DNA of 64,000 nucleotides from NCBI GenBank assembly GCA_050258375.1, contig JBLMYQ010000051.1, forward strand, positions 23,719-87,718. Direction: 5' to 3'. The stretch comes from Deltaproteobacteria bacterium (GTDB taxonomy: Bacteria > Bacillota > Clostridia > Acetivibrionales > UBA4821). Position 1 is the stretch's first letter. The number at the start of each line of letters is the position of its first letter. Below the pieces are notes generated by a model that saw only the letters and a program-made list of their open reading frames with translations, had not been told where the DNA came from and did not search any database. Position numbers and translations under genes: made by a program. Positions 1-9,977 of this stretch are shown here, piece by piece.

Positions 1-376
1 CAAACATCCCTCTGCTGTATCTTTCTAATGGTTGGAGCGGTTCTGCCGCTGTTCCTTGTGGATTTGGATATGGTATTATATTTACTGAAATTTGTGATTC
101 ACTTGTATTTACAATAATGCCAGTATCATTTAAGTAATCTGCAAGCATAGCACACAAGCGTTTATACCTTGGAAAAACATCATTTAAAAAAGAACCCTTT
201 TCTCCGAAGATATTTTTATTATTAATTAAAACATGTACTGTATAACATATTATGTTTCCATCACCAGGCGGGGCTTTTTTTTCGAAATTAGGTCTTTTTA
301 TCTTTTCTGTTTTAAGAATTTGACCTAAATTGGAATTTTTGAAAAAAGCAGTAATGTTATCAATTATCTGATTCAT
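1..376 (-). CDS. Hypothetical protein, 3' end runs off the window
   Basis: Hand translation: RBS GAGGTGG, ATG at 376, MNQIIDNITAFFKNSNLGQ..., open for 125 codons to base 1; absent from the ORF track. Confidence 0.6.
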   Translation of the reverse strand, partial: MNQIIDNITAFFKNSNLGQILKTEKIKRPNFEKKAPPGDGNIICYTVHVLINNKNIFGEKGSFLNDVFPRYKRLCAMLADYLNDTGIIVNTSESQISVNIIPYPNPQGTAAEPLQPLERYSRGMF

Positions 377-538
377 TATTCCACCTCGCCTTAATTTATT
401 TGTAGATAATAAATACTATTTTTAACAATAGCTCATTGACGTGATTTTATCATAATGGAAATTTCATGTAAATAATAATATAATTTTTTTCGAGTATTTT
501 CGAGTATTTCCTTCTAACAATAAAAAACCTGATAAAAA

Positions 539-1090
539 TCAGGTTTTTATTGTTTCTAACTCTTCGAGAATCTTTTCTACAATAAAATCAATGCTTTTTC
601 TTGAAGCTTCAATTTCCTCGTAGGGTATATCAAATCTTTTTAGAACTTCTAGTGCTTTCGGATCAACAATCTTTGCTTTTTCGACATTAATTTGGGTTCT
701 CCCGTTACTGCTGTAAGGTCCTCCTTCAATTCTTTTAACCAAAAAGTTCAAATTGCGGTACCTCCTGAATTGCTCTATTACGAAATTTACGTAATTTTCT
801 GAATAATGCTCAGGTTTGTAATATGCGCAATCAATTATTGGTCCATCAGTTACAATAACCTGCACCTGCCTATGGCATCTGTCAATTCTTTTAACCTGCT
901 CACCCAATAGGACTACTTTGTTTTCCAGCTTTGTCAAAGTACCTTCCCATACATGCTCTTTCGCAGGTTCCAGCACAAGCTCAGCCTCAATGCCGAGGTA
1001 TTTTAATTCGGCAAAAGCATGCGCTGCCAAGGCACTCTTCAGCAAGCCCGGTCCCCCTATTAAGTTTACAACAAGAGTATCATACATCAT
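539..1090 (-). CDS. NadR/AAA_28-like P-loop NTPase/kinase with atypical Walker A
   Basis: VVNLIGGPGLLKS, ELVLEPAKEHVWE, IVTDGPI and GRTQ motifs match the small NadR-like AAA family; G-rich RBS before ATG 1090. Confidence 0.65.
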   Translation of the reverse strand: MMYDTLVVNLIGGPGLLKSALAAHAFAELKYLGIEAELVLEPAKEHVWEGTLTKLENKVVLLGEQVKRIDRCHRQVQVIVTDGPIIDCAYYKPEHYSENYVNFVIEQFRRYRNLNFLVKRIEGGPYSSNGRTQINVEKAKIVDPKALEVLKRFDIPYEEIEASRKSIDFIVEKILEELETIKT

Positions 1091-1205
1091 CTTTTCCCCC
1101 CTTTTTAACATCCCGATACTAACTATACCGACTCATCAACATCCCTTTACGGAAAATCATCTATTACATTTTGCCAACCCTGAAAGAAAACTTTCTTACC
1201 AGTAC

Positions 1206-1261
1206 ACAACAAAGACTAAAACATGATAATAATATTATTATCATGTTTTAGTCTTTGTTGT
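1206..1261. repeat. 56-bp perfect loopless palindrome, possible terminator
   Basis: ACAACAAAGACTAAAACATGATAATAAT|ATTATTATCATGTTTTAGTCTTTGTTGT, checked base by base. Confidence 0.9.
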
Positions 1262-1280
1262 CAATTTTTATATTATAAAA

Positions 1281-1871
1281 TTAAGCCAAATATCCCTTTT
1301 TCACAGAGTCTTCTATAACCTTTTGCGTATATTCTGCTATTGCTTTTGAGCTCTCCCCTACCCGTTTGTTCCTGTCAATAACCTTTTGGCTTTCCACCTT
1401 ATGTTCTATCCACGATTTACCTTCCGACGAATGGTTTAAAAGCAGAGGCTGAAATCTGTCAAGTAGAGCCGCATATTTTGCTTCCGGTGTTTCACAATCT
1501 TCAAACTCTTTCCAAAGAAGCTTGAACTCCTCAGCCTGATCTTCCGGAAGCATGCCAAATATTCTCTTTGCAGCTTCCTGTTCTGCTTTCAGCTTTTCTG
1601 CCTTGTCAGTATCTCCATAGCAATAGGTATCTCCTGCGTAAACTTCTACAAGGTCATGGATTAATACCATTTTTACAACCTTAAATTTATCAGCTTCCTT
1701 ATTGTTAATGTGCTCTGCAAGCAATACAGCCATTAAAGCAAGATGCCATGAATGCTCGGCATCATTTTCTTTTCTCGAGCCATCTGCAAGATAATTCTGG
1801 CGGAAAATCTGCTTTAATTTATCAGTTTCAAGCAAAAACCTTATTTGTTTTTCAAGCCTTTCGGTCTCCAT
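1281..1871 (-). CDS. HD-domain phosphohydrolase (HD_3/YfbR-HDDC2-like)
   Basis: ENDAEHSWH, IHDLVEVYAGD and LDRFQP motifs. Confidence 0.9.
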   Translation of the reverse strand: METERLEKQIRFLLETDKLKQIFRQNYLADGSRKENDAEHSWHLALMAVLLAEHINNKEADKFKVVKMVLIHDLVEVYAGDTYCYGDTDKAEKLKAEQEAAKRIFGMLPEDQAEEFKLLWKEFEDCETPEAKYAALLDRFQPLLLNHSSEGKSWIEHKVESQKVIDRNKRVGESSKAIAEYTQKVIEDSVKKGYLA

Positions 1872-1894
1872 CTATTTCCTCCTTTTGCCAAACA

Positions 1895-3745
1895 TTATGA
1901 AGCCTGCCTTTTAAACTGACTTACATATAAGTCGTAATAAAAACCTTTTGCCTCCAACAATTGCTGATGCGTACCCCTCTCAATAATCTCTCCTCCGTTT
2001 ATAACCATTATTTGATTTGCATCTCTAATTGTACTTAAACGATGAGCAATTACAAAACTTGTTCTTCCTTTCATTAATGAAAGCATTGCTTCCTGTATGT
2101 GCATTTCAGTACGCGTATCAACGCTGCTGGTTGCTTCATCAAGCACCAGAATAGATGGATTTGCCAAAATCGTCCTTGCTATAGCTAAAAGCTGCCTCTG
2201 TCCCTGACTAAGATTTCCCCCTTCTTCTGAAAGAACCGTATCATAGCCATCATGTAAACGTGTAATAAATGGATGAGCATTCGCCAGCTTTGCAGCAGCT
2301 TCAACCTCCTCATCAGTTGCCTCCAGTCTTCCATAACGAATATTCTCTCTAACCGTATCTGAAAACAGATATGTGTCTTGGAGAACAATACCCAAGGATT
2401 TTCTCAGGCTGTCTTTTTGCAGTTTTCTTATATCCTTGCTGTCGACAAATATGGCACCACCGTCAATATCATAGAATCGTGTCAACAGATTAACTATTGT
2501 TGTTTTACCGGCTCCGGTAGGACCAACAAGTGCAATTATTTGCCCTGATTGGGCTCTGAGGTTTATATTCTTTAAGATTGGAAAACCTTTAGAATAACTG
2601 AAATTAACATCTTTAAAAATTACATCTCCAGCAATTTCTTTAAGTACCTCTGAATTTTCATTATCTTCAAACTCAGGCTGTTCGTCCATTATTTCAAATA
2701 CACGTTCAGCACCAGCCAGAGCGGATTGAATCATATTAAACTGATTTGCAATTTCATTTATTGGTCTGGCAAACTGCTTCGAGTAGTTAAGGAAGCTTGC
2801 AATAACTCCAATTGTTATCATTCCTCTGACTGCCATAAATCCCCCTGCAGTCGCAACAATAGCAAAGCTAAGATTATTTATTGCATTCATCACCGGCATA
2901 ATGATTCCTGAAAAAATCTGCGCTTTGATGCCAACATTGCTAAGTCTTTTATTAGTTTCGGAAAACTCCTCTAAAGCCTTTTCCTCTCTGCAAAAAGCTT
3001 TAACAACCCTCTGTCCGGATATTATTTCTTCAATATATCCGTTTAGCTCCCCAAGCTCTTTTTGCTGCTCGCCAAAGTATTTTCTTGTATGCCCTGCAAT
3101 TTTTGCAGTAGCAAGCATCCCTATTGGAATACTTACAAGGCTCAGCAGGGTTAGAAGCGGACTTAAATACAGCATCATTCCGATAGCACCAACTACTGTT
3201 ATCAAACTAGAAAATACCTGTGTCGTACTTTGTGTAAGGGTAGAATTTATATTTTCAACATCGTTGGTTAATCTGCTCATTAGCTCTCCATGAGGACGAC
3301 TGTCAAAGAATTTCAGCGATAAGGTCTGCACCTTCGCAAATAAATCCTTTCTGATTTCCCACACAGTATCCTGCGCCACTCCAACCATATAATAGGTTTG
3401 GAACCAAGTCATTAATGCACTTAGCATATATACCGCGGTCAAAGATATTACTATGGTTATTAATTTCTTAAAATCCACTAATCCTTTACCGCTTACCATT
3501 GAGTCTATTGCATATCCGATAAGCAGCGGACCAATCAAGCTTAAGACTGTACTTACAAAAACCAATATAAAAACAAAAACAAGCATGGTCTTTTGTCTCT
3601 TTAGGTATCCCCAAAGTCTTTTCAAGGTTCCTTTTGAATCCTTTGCTTTTACCTTAGGTCCCATCATACCTGCCATATGCCCAGGTCCCCGGCCAAATGC
3701 CCTGGAACGCACTTGAGTTTTGTTAGTTGTATCATCATTAGCCAT
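1895..3745 (-). CDS. Heterodimeric ABC exporter subunit, consensus site (TM288-like)
   Basis: TMD plus NBD: GPTGAGKTT, LSQGQRQ, LDEATSSVD, IAHRLST. Confidence 0.95.
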   Translation of the reverse strand: MANDDTTNKTQVRSRAFGRGPGHMAGMMGPKVKAKDSKGTLKRLWGYLKRQKTMLVFVFILVFVSTVLSLIGPLLIGYAIDSMVSGKGLVDFKKLITIVISLTAVYMLSALMTWFQTYYMVGVAQDTVWEIRKDLFAKVQTLSLKFFDSRPHGELMSRLTNDVENINSTLTQSTTQVFSSLITVVGAIGMMLYLSPLLTLLSLVSIPIGMLATAKIAGHTRKYFGEQQKELGELNGYIEEIISGQRVVKAFCREEKALEEFSETNKRLSNVGIKAQIFSGIIMPVMNAINNLSFAIVATAGGFMAVRGMITIGVIASFLNYSKQFARPINEIANQFNMIQSALAGAERVFEIMDEQPEFEDNENSEVLKEIAGDVIFKDVNFSYSKGFPILKNINLRAQSGQIIALVGPTGAGKTTIVNLLTRFYDIDGGAIFVDSKDIRKLQKDSLRKSLGIVLQDTYLFSDTVRENIRYGRLEATDEEVEAAAKLANAHPFITRLHDGYDTVLSEEGGNLSQGQRQLLAIARTILANPSILVLDEATSSVDTRTEMHIQEAMLSLMKGRTSFVIAHRLSTIRDANQIMVINGGEIIERGTHQQLLEAKGFYYDLYVSQFKRQAS

Positions 3746-5475
3746 TATAAATTTCCTTCCTCGCCAATTTGTGAATTATATATATCCTGATAAACGCTGC
3801 ATCTTTCCAGCAGCTCCTTATGGGTTCCCATATCAACAATTTCTCCGTTTTCCAGGACAATAATTTTATCTGCTTCAAGCACAGTACTTATTCTTTGCGC
3901 TATTACAAAACAGGTTGTATTCTTCATAAAATTCTTCAAAGCCTTTTGAATCTTTGCTTCTGTACCCATATCAACAGAGCTTGTGCTATCATCCAAAATT
4001 AATATTACCGGCTTTTTGAGCAGAGCTCTGGCAATTGCCAATCTTTGCTTTTGACCCCCTGAAACATTAACCCCTCTCTGACCAAGAATTGAGTTATACC
4101 CCTCAGGTAAGTTAATAATAAAATCATGGGCTTGAGCAACTCTTGCGGCTTCAAAAACTTCTTCCTCAGCTGCATCTTCCTTTCCCCAGCGCAGATTATC
4201 CATAACAGTTCCGCTAAAAAGAATAGATTCTTGCAATACCATGCTTATATTACTTCTCAGAGTTTTAAGCTTTATGTCTTTAATATTCTTATCATCAATA
4301 AGAATTTTACCACTAATAGCATCATAAAATCTTGGAATCAGATTTACCAGTGTTGATTTGCCTGAACCCGTAGAACCCAAGATAGCAACAGTTTCTCCGG
4401 GCATTGCACTAAAGGTAATATTTTTAAGAACAGGTTCTCCCACAGCATTGGCATAACGGAAGGATACATCATCAAAAACTATTCTTCCTTCTTTTATTGG
4501 CTCAATTGAGGCTTCAGGTAAATCTTTAATATCTGTATCAGAATTTATTATATCTGCTAATCTGTCAGCAGATGCCTTCGCTCTTGATACCATCATAAGA
4601 ATAAAAGCAATCATCATAAGCGAAAACAAAATCTGCGTCATGTAATTTATAAATGCCATTACCTGACCAACCTTCATACTGCCAGCATTGACCTTGATTC
4701 CTCCGAACCAAATTACTGCAATTATGCTGATGTTCATAACAAGGATCATAAGAGGCATGGTCAAGCCAATAATCCTAGATGCTTTAACCGTCACTTCCTT
4801 CAGATTAGTATTTGCCATATTAAATCTATTGTTTTCATAATCAGCTCTTACAAAAGATTTCACAACTCTAATCCCTGTTAAATTTTCTCTAACTACATCA
4901 TTAACCTTATCAAGCTTTTTCTGTACTGAAGAAAACAGTGAAAATCCCTTTTTTATAATATACGCAAGTGCAACCGAAAGTATCGGTATGGTCACCAGCA
5001 GAATCAATGCAAGGTGTGCATTTATTAAAAGTGCCATTATTATTCCGCCTATACACAATAATGGTGAACGAACCATTATTCTTAGCATTGCAAGTATGAA
5101 ATTCTGAATCTGGACAACATCATTTGTAAGCCTTGTTATAAGGGAAGCGGTGCTAAACTTATCCAGACTGTCAAATGAAAATGATTGTATTTTCTTAAAC
5201 AAATCCATTCTTAAGTCGGCACTAAAATTCAGGGCAGCCTTACTTGCAAATATTGTACACCCTACACCGCCCAAAATACCTAGAAGTGCAACACCTATCA
5301 TTACCAGTCCGACATTTATGATGTAAGAAATATTTCCGCTTTTTATTCCTTTATCAACAATATCTGCCATAAGTGCTGGCTGTAAAAGATCGGTTATTAC
5401 TTCCAAAAGCATGAAAAGAGGTGCAAGAGCAACCGCTTTCCAGTAAGGCTTCAAATATTTAAATAATCTTTTCAT
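3745..5475 (-). CDS. Heterodimeric ABC exporter subunit, degenerate site (TM287-like)
   Basis: GSTGSGKST, VSGGQKQ, LDDSTSSVD (E to D) and IAQR (H to Q); start MKRLFKYLKPY after GGAGAG. Confidence 0.95.
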   Translation of the reverse strand: MKRLFKYLKPYWKAVALAPLFMLLEVITDLLQPALMADIVDKGIKSGNISYIINVGLVMIGVALLGILGGVGCTIFASKAALNFSADLRMDLFKKIQSFSFDSLDKFSTASLITRLTNDVVQIQNFILAMLRIMVRSPLLCIGGIIMALLINAHLALILLVTIPILSVALAYIIKKGFSLFSSVQKKLDKVNDVVRENLTGIRVVKSFVRADYENNRFNMANTNLKEVTVKASRIIGLTMPLMILVMNISIIAVIWFGGIKVNAGSMKVGQVMAFINYMTQILFSLMMIAFILMMVSRAKASADRLADIINSDTDIKDLPEASIEPIKEGRIVFDDVSFRYANAVGEPVLKNITFSAMPGETVAILGSTGSGKSTLVNLIPRFYDAISGKILIDDKNIKDIKLKTLRSNISMVLQESILFSGTVMDNLRWGKEDAAEEEVFEAARVAQAHDFIINLPEGYNSILGQRGVNVSGGQKQRLAIARALLKKPVILILDDSTSSVDMGTEAKIQKALKNFMKNTTCFVIAQRISTVLEADKIIVLENGEIVDMGTHKELLERCSVYQDIYNSQIGEEGNL

Positions 5476-5634
5476 AGAAATCTCTCCAAAATTTTCTGAG
5501 TATACTCTTTCAGCATTGATGGTAACACTCATTAAATATATAGTCAATCTACAAATGAAACTCCCTTTCTGTCTTACCTAACATTTTGGAAAGGTACAAA
5601 TAAAAAGGGAGTAAAAAGTCTATGTATATTACTT

Positions 5635-6297
5635 TTATAATTTCTCACCTGATGATTTCTGGCTTTGTTCCGAATTTTGCTTTTGCTGCTGCGGTTTTTC
5701 AATCTGTTTTCCTTCCAGCTGACTGATTACTCTATCACAAACCATCTTTAAAGTATTTCCGCCACCGCCAAAGCCTTGGCCATCTCTGCTTCCTCCACCA
5801 TTTGGATTAATCCCATCAGGCGGCCCTTGTCTTCCAGGTCTCATATTTGGGTCTGTCTGCCTTTCTTGCTTTTGTTGATTCATATTTGTATCATTCCCGG
5901 GTCCTTTTCTCTCCTGATTTATATTCCCATCCGGTTTTTTAAATGAAATATTCTTTTGAGCATCTGTTAAAATTCCATCAATTTGTTTAATTTTTTCTGA
6001 TGAATATTTTTCGTCTATTGTTGTTTTAGTACTAATTTCTTTTAGTATCGGAACCAGCTTATCTTTTTGCTCCTTGGTCAAAGGAGATTCGCTTCTCTCA
6101 ATGCGTCCAAGTGTTGATATTTCCATACGAAGCTTCCCTTCAGGCATTACCACTTGATTTTGCCAGCCGCCTCTTGCTTGCTGAAAATTATCCTGCCCTT
6201 GCTCCACATCTGTAGATTGAGAACCTTTCAGGCTTCCACAGCCTGCTGCGAAAATAAGAACTGCCATTAAAGTTAGTACCAATGATATTCTTTTCAT
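5635..6297 (-). CDS. Lipoprotein with two LTxxQ motifs and a low-complexity Gly/Gln segment
   Basis: Lipobox FAAGC; LTKEQ and LTDAQ motifs reminiscent of Spy/CpxP. Confidence 0.65.
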   Translation of the reverse strand: MKRISLVLTLMAVLIFAAGCGSLKGSQSTDVEQGQDNFQQARGGWQNQVVMPEGKLRMEISTLGRIERSESPLTKEQKDKLVPILKEISTKTTIDEKYSSEKIKQIDGILTDAQKNISFKKPDGNINQERKGPGNDTNMNQQKQERQTDPNMRPGRQGPPDGINPNGGGSRDGQGFGGGGNTLKMVCDRVISQLEGKQIEKPQQQKQNSEQSQKSSGEKL

Positions 6298-6311
6298 AAT
6301 CATTCCCCCTG

Positions 6312-8627
6312 TTATTTCGTGATTGTAATTATCTTTATAAGGTCTTTAGAACTCTCCTTCGTACCTGCGTAAAGTGACATGCCTTTTATGGAATATCCGC
6401 TTATTAAGGTATTTAGTGAAACTGCCAACGGAGTACTTCCTGACACATCATAAACCTGGACATCGCTTGCCAGCTTATAAATTGTGTCATTTACCTTTAT
6501 TCTCCTTGAATCAAGTGCCTGTATTTCATTTGAATATGTCTTTGAATTAATCGTGACCATTTTCTGCAGCCCATTTTGGTCTTTTTCCAAATAAACAACA
6601 TCCTTTACAAGACTATTAAATATAGCATCTGAGTTGTTGAAGGAAACCTGCTGCCCATTTATAAGCACGGTATAGCTTGATGCCGTTTCTCTTTTTGTCT
6701 GACTGACCAATATTCCATATTGACCATACTCGGTATACTTATTCAATACCAATAGCTGAATGTCATCAAATCCTCCGCCCATTACAGCATGAATAACTTT
6801 ATCTTTGGTCAATTCTCCGGAAGGCATATCCTGCCACTTAACCCGGGTTACCTGAATATCATCTGAGCTATGATTATTTTGTACATCTAAAATAACCGCG
6901 TCCTGACTTAATTTCAGGCTTCCAACCATTTTATCCGACAGATTAATTCTGCCTGAAACCGGCGAACAAACAACTGTTGTCAAGTGTGCCTTTTCGTCCC
7001 TTATATCAAGGGTTACCAGACTTCCATTCCGATAAGATTGGTCATCATCGGTTTCATATTCTTTTATTGTTCCGTCAACTCTGTAAAGCTTTACATAAAA
7101 CACCGTTTCTCCCTTTGAGTCAGTATCTGTTGAAATACCACTGCGCGTACTCAAGATTATTGCATAATTTGAAATATCACTTGCACATGGGGTAATTACA
7201 TCAACAATCTTTCCGCTTTTTCCGGTTAATACTGTTATATCATCCCCTATTTTAAAAGCTCCTTCTGATTCATTTAGTTTTGCTGCGGCATAAGAAGTTT
7301 CGATTTGCTTTTCCTCACCAAGAATCTCTATACTGCTGACTGATGCTTTACTGGGGTAAGCATTATCATATGTGCCGGTAATTTTATCATCATACACCAA
7401 TAATATTCCCTTGCCGGTTTTGAATAAATACTTAACCTGATAAACAACATCGTAACTTTGTATATCTGCAAAACTTACTTTTTCTCCATTTTTAATTACG
7501 GTATAATAATTTTTGTCAGAAATATTAATGTTTCCTATTTTAACACCATTAGAACTTACAGTATCCTTAACCACTACAGGCTCATTAGTCGGAGGATCGA
7601 TCAATACTCCATATTCATAAATACTGCTGCTTCCTTCTGTAAAAGCTAGCGCTATAACCGAACCTATATAAATATTTTTCTTTACGTTTTTAAATGTACT
7701 TTTTCCTCCTCCATAATAGAAAACCATATCATCAGGTATATCTACACTGCCGCTGCCATTTTTATCAATATAGACCACTTTATTTCCCGAAATGCTTTCG
7801 ACCATTACTATATGACTATCCTGCTCTACACTCTGAGCTGATAGTACTTCATTATCCGAGTCAACCAGCAGATTGACTTTTTTTCCTAAATATAAAGCTC
7901 CATTTATGCTTTCCGCTTTAAAATCTCCTATGTCTGTTTTTATAAATCCTTTGGTAACACTGCTGTCAAGATCCCATGAATTAGTAATTATGCAGGTCTT
8001 TTGTGTACCTAAACTGCTTTGCTCTCCAAGAGTCTGATTTGAAGCGTTCTTCTTGGTATTTAATGTTCTTTCAAACATCACTGCTATATTTGCTCTGGAT
8101 ACCTTATCATTAGGATTCAATTTTATATCTTTTGTAATTTCCAGGCTCTTGGCTTTTTCTATATAATTCTGAGGCCAGACCCCTACCATTTCAGATGAGC
8201 TGTATCCCAACATTCTAAGCAATATAGTAGTAACCTGCGCAAAGTTTATCTTTTCTTCAGGCTTGAAGCTTCCATCCGCATACCCTGTTATAATTTTATT
8301 TTTAACTGCAATATTTATGTAACCTGCTGCCCAATGTTTCTGGGGAACATCAAAAAATGCACTGGAGTTTTTAACCAATTCAGCTTGGTCTTTTTTCCCT
8401 ATAGCAGCAACCGCCATCTTGGCAAATTCAGCTCTTGTTACATTTCCGTTAGGCTTGAATGTTCCGTCACTGTAGCCTCCAATTATTCCTGCTTTTGAAA
8501 GACTGGCTATTGCATAGTAGCAAGCCGAATTTTCCGGCACATCCACGTATTGTGCAGAAGCAGAAAAATTGAATATTAATAATAGTACTATTGCAATTAA
8601 AATCACTAATAACTTTCTTTTAAACAT
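6312..8627 (-). CDS. S-layer homology (SLH) domain surface protein
   Basis: Signal peptide, SLH repeats (GYSDGTFKPNGNVTRAEF, GYADGSFKPEEKINFAQ, SRANIA), long beta-rich C-terminus. Confidence 0.9.
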   Translation of the reverse strand: MFKRKLLVILIAIVLLLIFNFSASAQYVDVPENSACYYAIASLSKAGIIGGYSDGTFKPNGNVTRAEFAKMAVAAIGKKDQAELVKNSSAFFDVPQKHWAAGYINIAVKNKIITGYADGSFKPEEKINFAQVTTILLRMLGYSSSEMVGVWPQNYIEKAKSLEITKDIKLNPNDKVSRANIAVMFERTLNTKKNASNQTLGEQSSLGTQKTCIITNSWDLDSSVTKGFIKTDIGDFKAESINGALYLGKKVNLLVDSDNEVLSAQSVEQDSHIVMVESISGNKVVYIDKNGSGSVDIPDDMVFYYGGGKSTFKNVKKNIYIGSVIALAFTEGSSSIYEYGVLIDPPTNEPVVVKDTVSSNGVKIGNINISDKNYYTVIKNGEKVSFADIQSYDVVYQVKYLFKTGKGILLVYDDKITGTYDNAYPSKASVSSIEILGEEKQIETSYAAAKLNESEGAFKIGDDITVLTGKSGKIVDVITPCASDISNYAIILSTRSGISTDTDSKGETVFYVKLYRVDGTIKEYETDDDQSYRNGSLVTLDIRDEKAHLTTVVCSPVSGRINLSDKMVGSLKLSQDAVILDVQNNHSSDDIQVTRVKWQDMPSGELTKDKVIHAVMGGGFDDIQLLVLNKYTEYGQYGILVSQTKRETASSYTVLINGQQVSFNNSDAIFNSLVKDVVYLEKDQNGLQKMVTINSKTYSNEIQALDSRRIKVNDTIYKLASDVQVYDVSGSTPLAVSLNTLISGYSIKGMSLYAGTKESSKDLIKIITITK

Positions 8628-8649
8628 TTATATGCCCCCTTGCCTGTTG

Positions 8650-8715
8650 GCTTTTAGCTTTTAGCTTTTTGTTCTTAATTTTAACTTTAAACTTTAACAT
8701 TTTACACTTTACACT
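8650..8715. repeat. Degenerate heptamer tandem repeats (CTTTTAG; TTTACAC)
   Basis: gcttttagcttttagctttt ... ttttaactttaaactttaacattttacactttacact. Confidence 0.75.
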
Positions 8716-8717
8716 AT

Positions 8718-9893
8718 TTATTCAAACCTCAATGCCTCAATCGGATTCAGCTTTGAAGCCTTATTTGCAGGATACATTCCAAAAAATATTCCGATTGCTG
8801 CTGAAACCGTAAATGATGTAATTACAGAGGTTAAAGTAACAGCCGGTGTCAAAGAGCTTATTTTGGAAACTACAAACGCAGCAAGCATTCCAAGAAGTAT
8901 TCCGATTACTCCTCCTATACAGCTAATCATCATGGATTCAATTAAAAACTGTGAAAGGATATATCTTCTCTTAGCACCAATTGCCTTTCTTATCCCAATT
9001 TCACGCGTTCTTTCGGTAACAGATACCAACATGATATTCATTATTCCAATGCCGCCAATCAAAAGCGAAATTCCTGCGATAAAGCCAAGAAACAGTGTCA
9101 AGGTTCCTGTTACGCTGCTTACCTGAGAAAGCATTTCAGCCTGATTCTGAACCCTGTAGGAATCTTCATCATTAAAAATATCAAGCATAAAACTTTCAAT
9201 TTTTAACATTGCACTGTTTACCATATCCGACGAGGCAGCTTGAACATAGAAAGTTCTTATTTTGGAGGACAGAAATCTTTGCGCAACAGTAATAGGTATT
9301 ATTATTCTGTCATCAGTAGAATAATTTTCTGCTTCAGCCTTTTCTTCAAGAACCCCTGTCACTTTGAATATCTGACCATTTATCTTTATTTTTTCTCCTA
9401 CCGGATTATAGCCTAAGCCAAAAAGGTTTTTAACAACCGCTGTTCCCAATAGCACAACCCGTTTTTTGGAATCAACATCACTCTGCTCTATGAAACTGCC
9501 AGATTGAACGGTAACATTCTTAACAGATTCATACTCTGGCGTGGAACCTATTAGAGAAGTATCCCAGCTGTTATTGCTATATTTCAAGGTAACACTGCCG
9601 GTTATAGAAGGTGCAACTGCTTTAATCTCATTACTATTTTCACTTGCCAGCTTTTTTACCTGCTCATATGTAACGTTTCTATTACTATTCCTTCCCGTGA
9701 TAGAAATTGTAATCAGATTTGTTCCCATACTTTCAATCTTGTCAGTTATGGTTTTTTGAGTACCTTGCCCAAGCGATACCAAGGTTATAAATGTAGCAAC
9801 ACCAATTATTACCCCCAGCATTGTCAGAGAGGTACGTACTTTATTGCTAAGTATACTTTTAAGAGCCATTCTTAAGGTTTGCAGTATATCCAT
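8718..9893 (-). CDS. MacB/FtsX-family ABC permease (YknZ-like)
   Basis: LTMLGVIIGV, GGIGIMNIMLVSVTERTREIGIRKAIGA, PANKASKLNPIEALRFE. Confidence 0.95.
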   Translation of the reverse strand: MDILQTLRMALKSILSNKVRTSLTMLGVIIGVATFITLVSLGQGTQKTITDKIESMGTNLITISITGRNSNRNVTYEQVKKLASENSNEIKAVAPSITGSVTLKYSNNSWDTSLIGSTPEYESVKNVTVQSGSFIEQSDVDSKKRVVLLGTAVVKNLFGLGYNPVGEKIKINGQIFKVTGVLEEKAEAENYSTDDRIIIPITVAQRFLSSKIRTFYVQAASSDMVNSAMLKIESFMLDIFNDEDSYRVQNQAEMLSQVSSVTGTLTLFLGFIAGISLLIGGIGIMNIMLVSVTERTREIGIRKAIGAKRRYILSQFLIESMMISCIGGVIGILLGMLAAFVVSKISSLTPAVTLTSVITSFTVSAAIGIFFGMYPANKASKLNPIEALRFE

Positions 9894-9947
9894 CTGATTA
9901 TTTCCTTTCAAATCCCTTGATCTGGGCAAGCCAAAGTCTCGTCTTTA

Positions 9948-9977
9948 CTTTACACTTTACATTTTACACTTTACACT
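9948..9977. repeat. Heptamer tandem repeat (TTTACAC-type) overlapping the ATPase stop codon
   Basis: ctttacactttacattttacactttacact. Confidence 0.8.

Noticed and set aside
1091-1205. Possible NAD-related riboswitch before the NadR-like gene (GGGATGTT twice)
   Set aside because: No recognisable aptamer or expression platform
539-1261. Prophage or linear-replicon end
   Set aside because: No integrase, protelomerase or phage structural genes in the window; ordinary genes lie on both sides of the palindrome
3745-5475. Degenerate Walker B and switch motifs suggesting a pseudogene
   Set aside because: Normal for the degenerate subunit of TM287/288-type heterodimeric exporters
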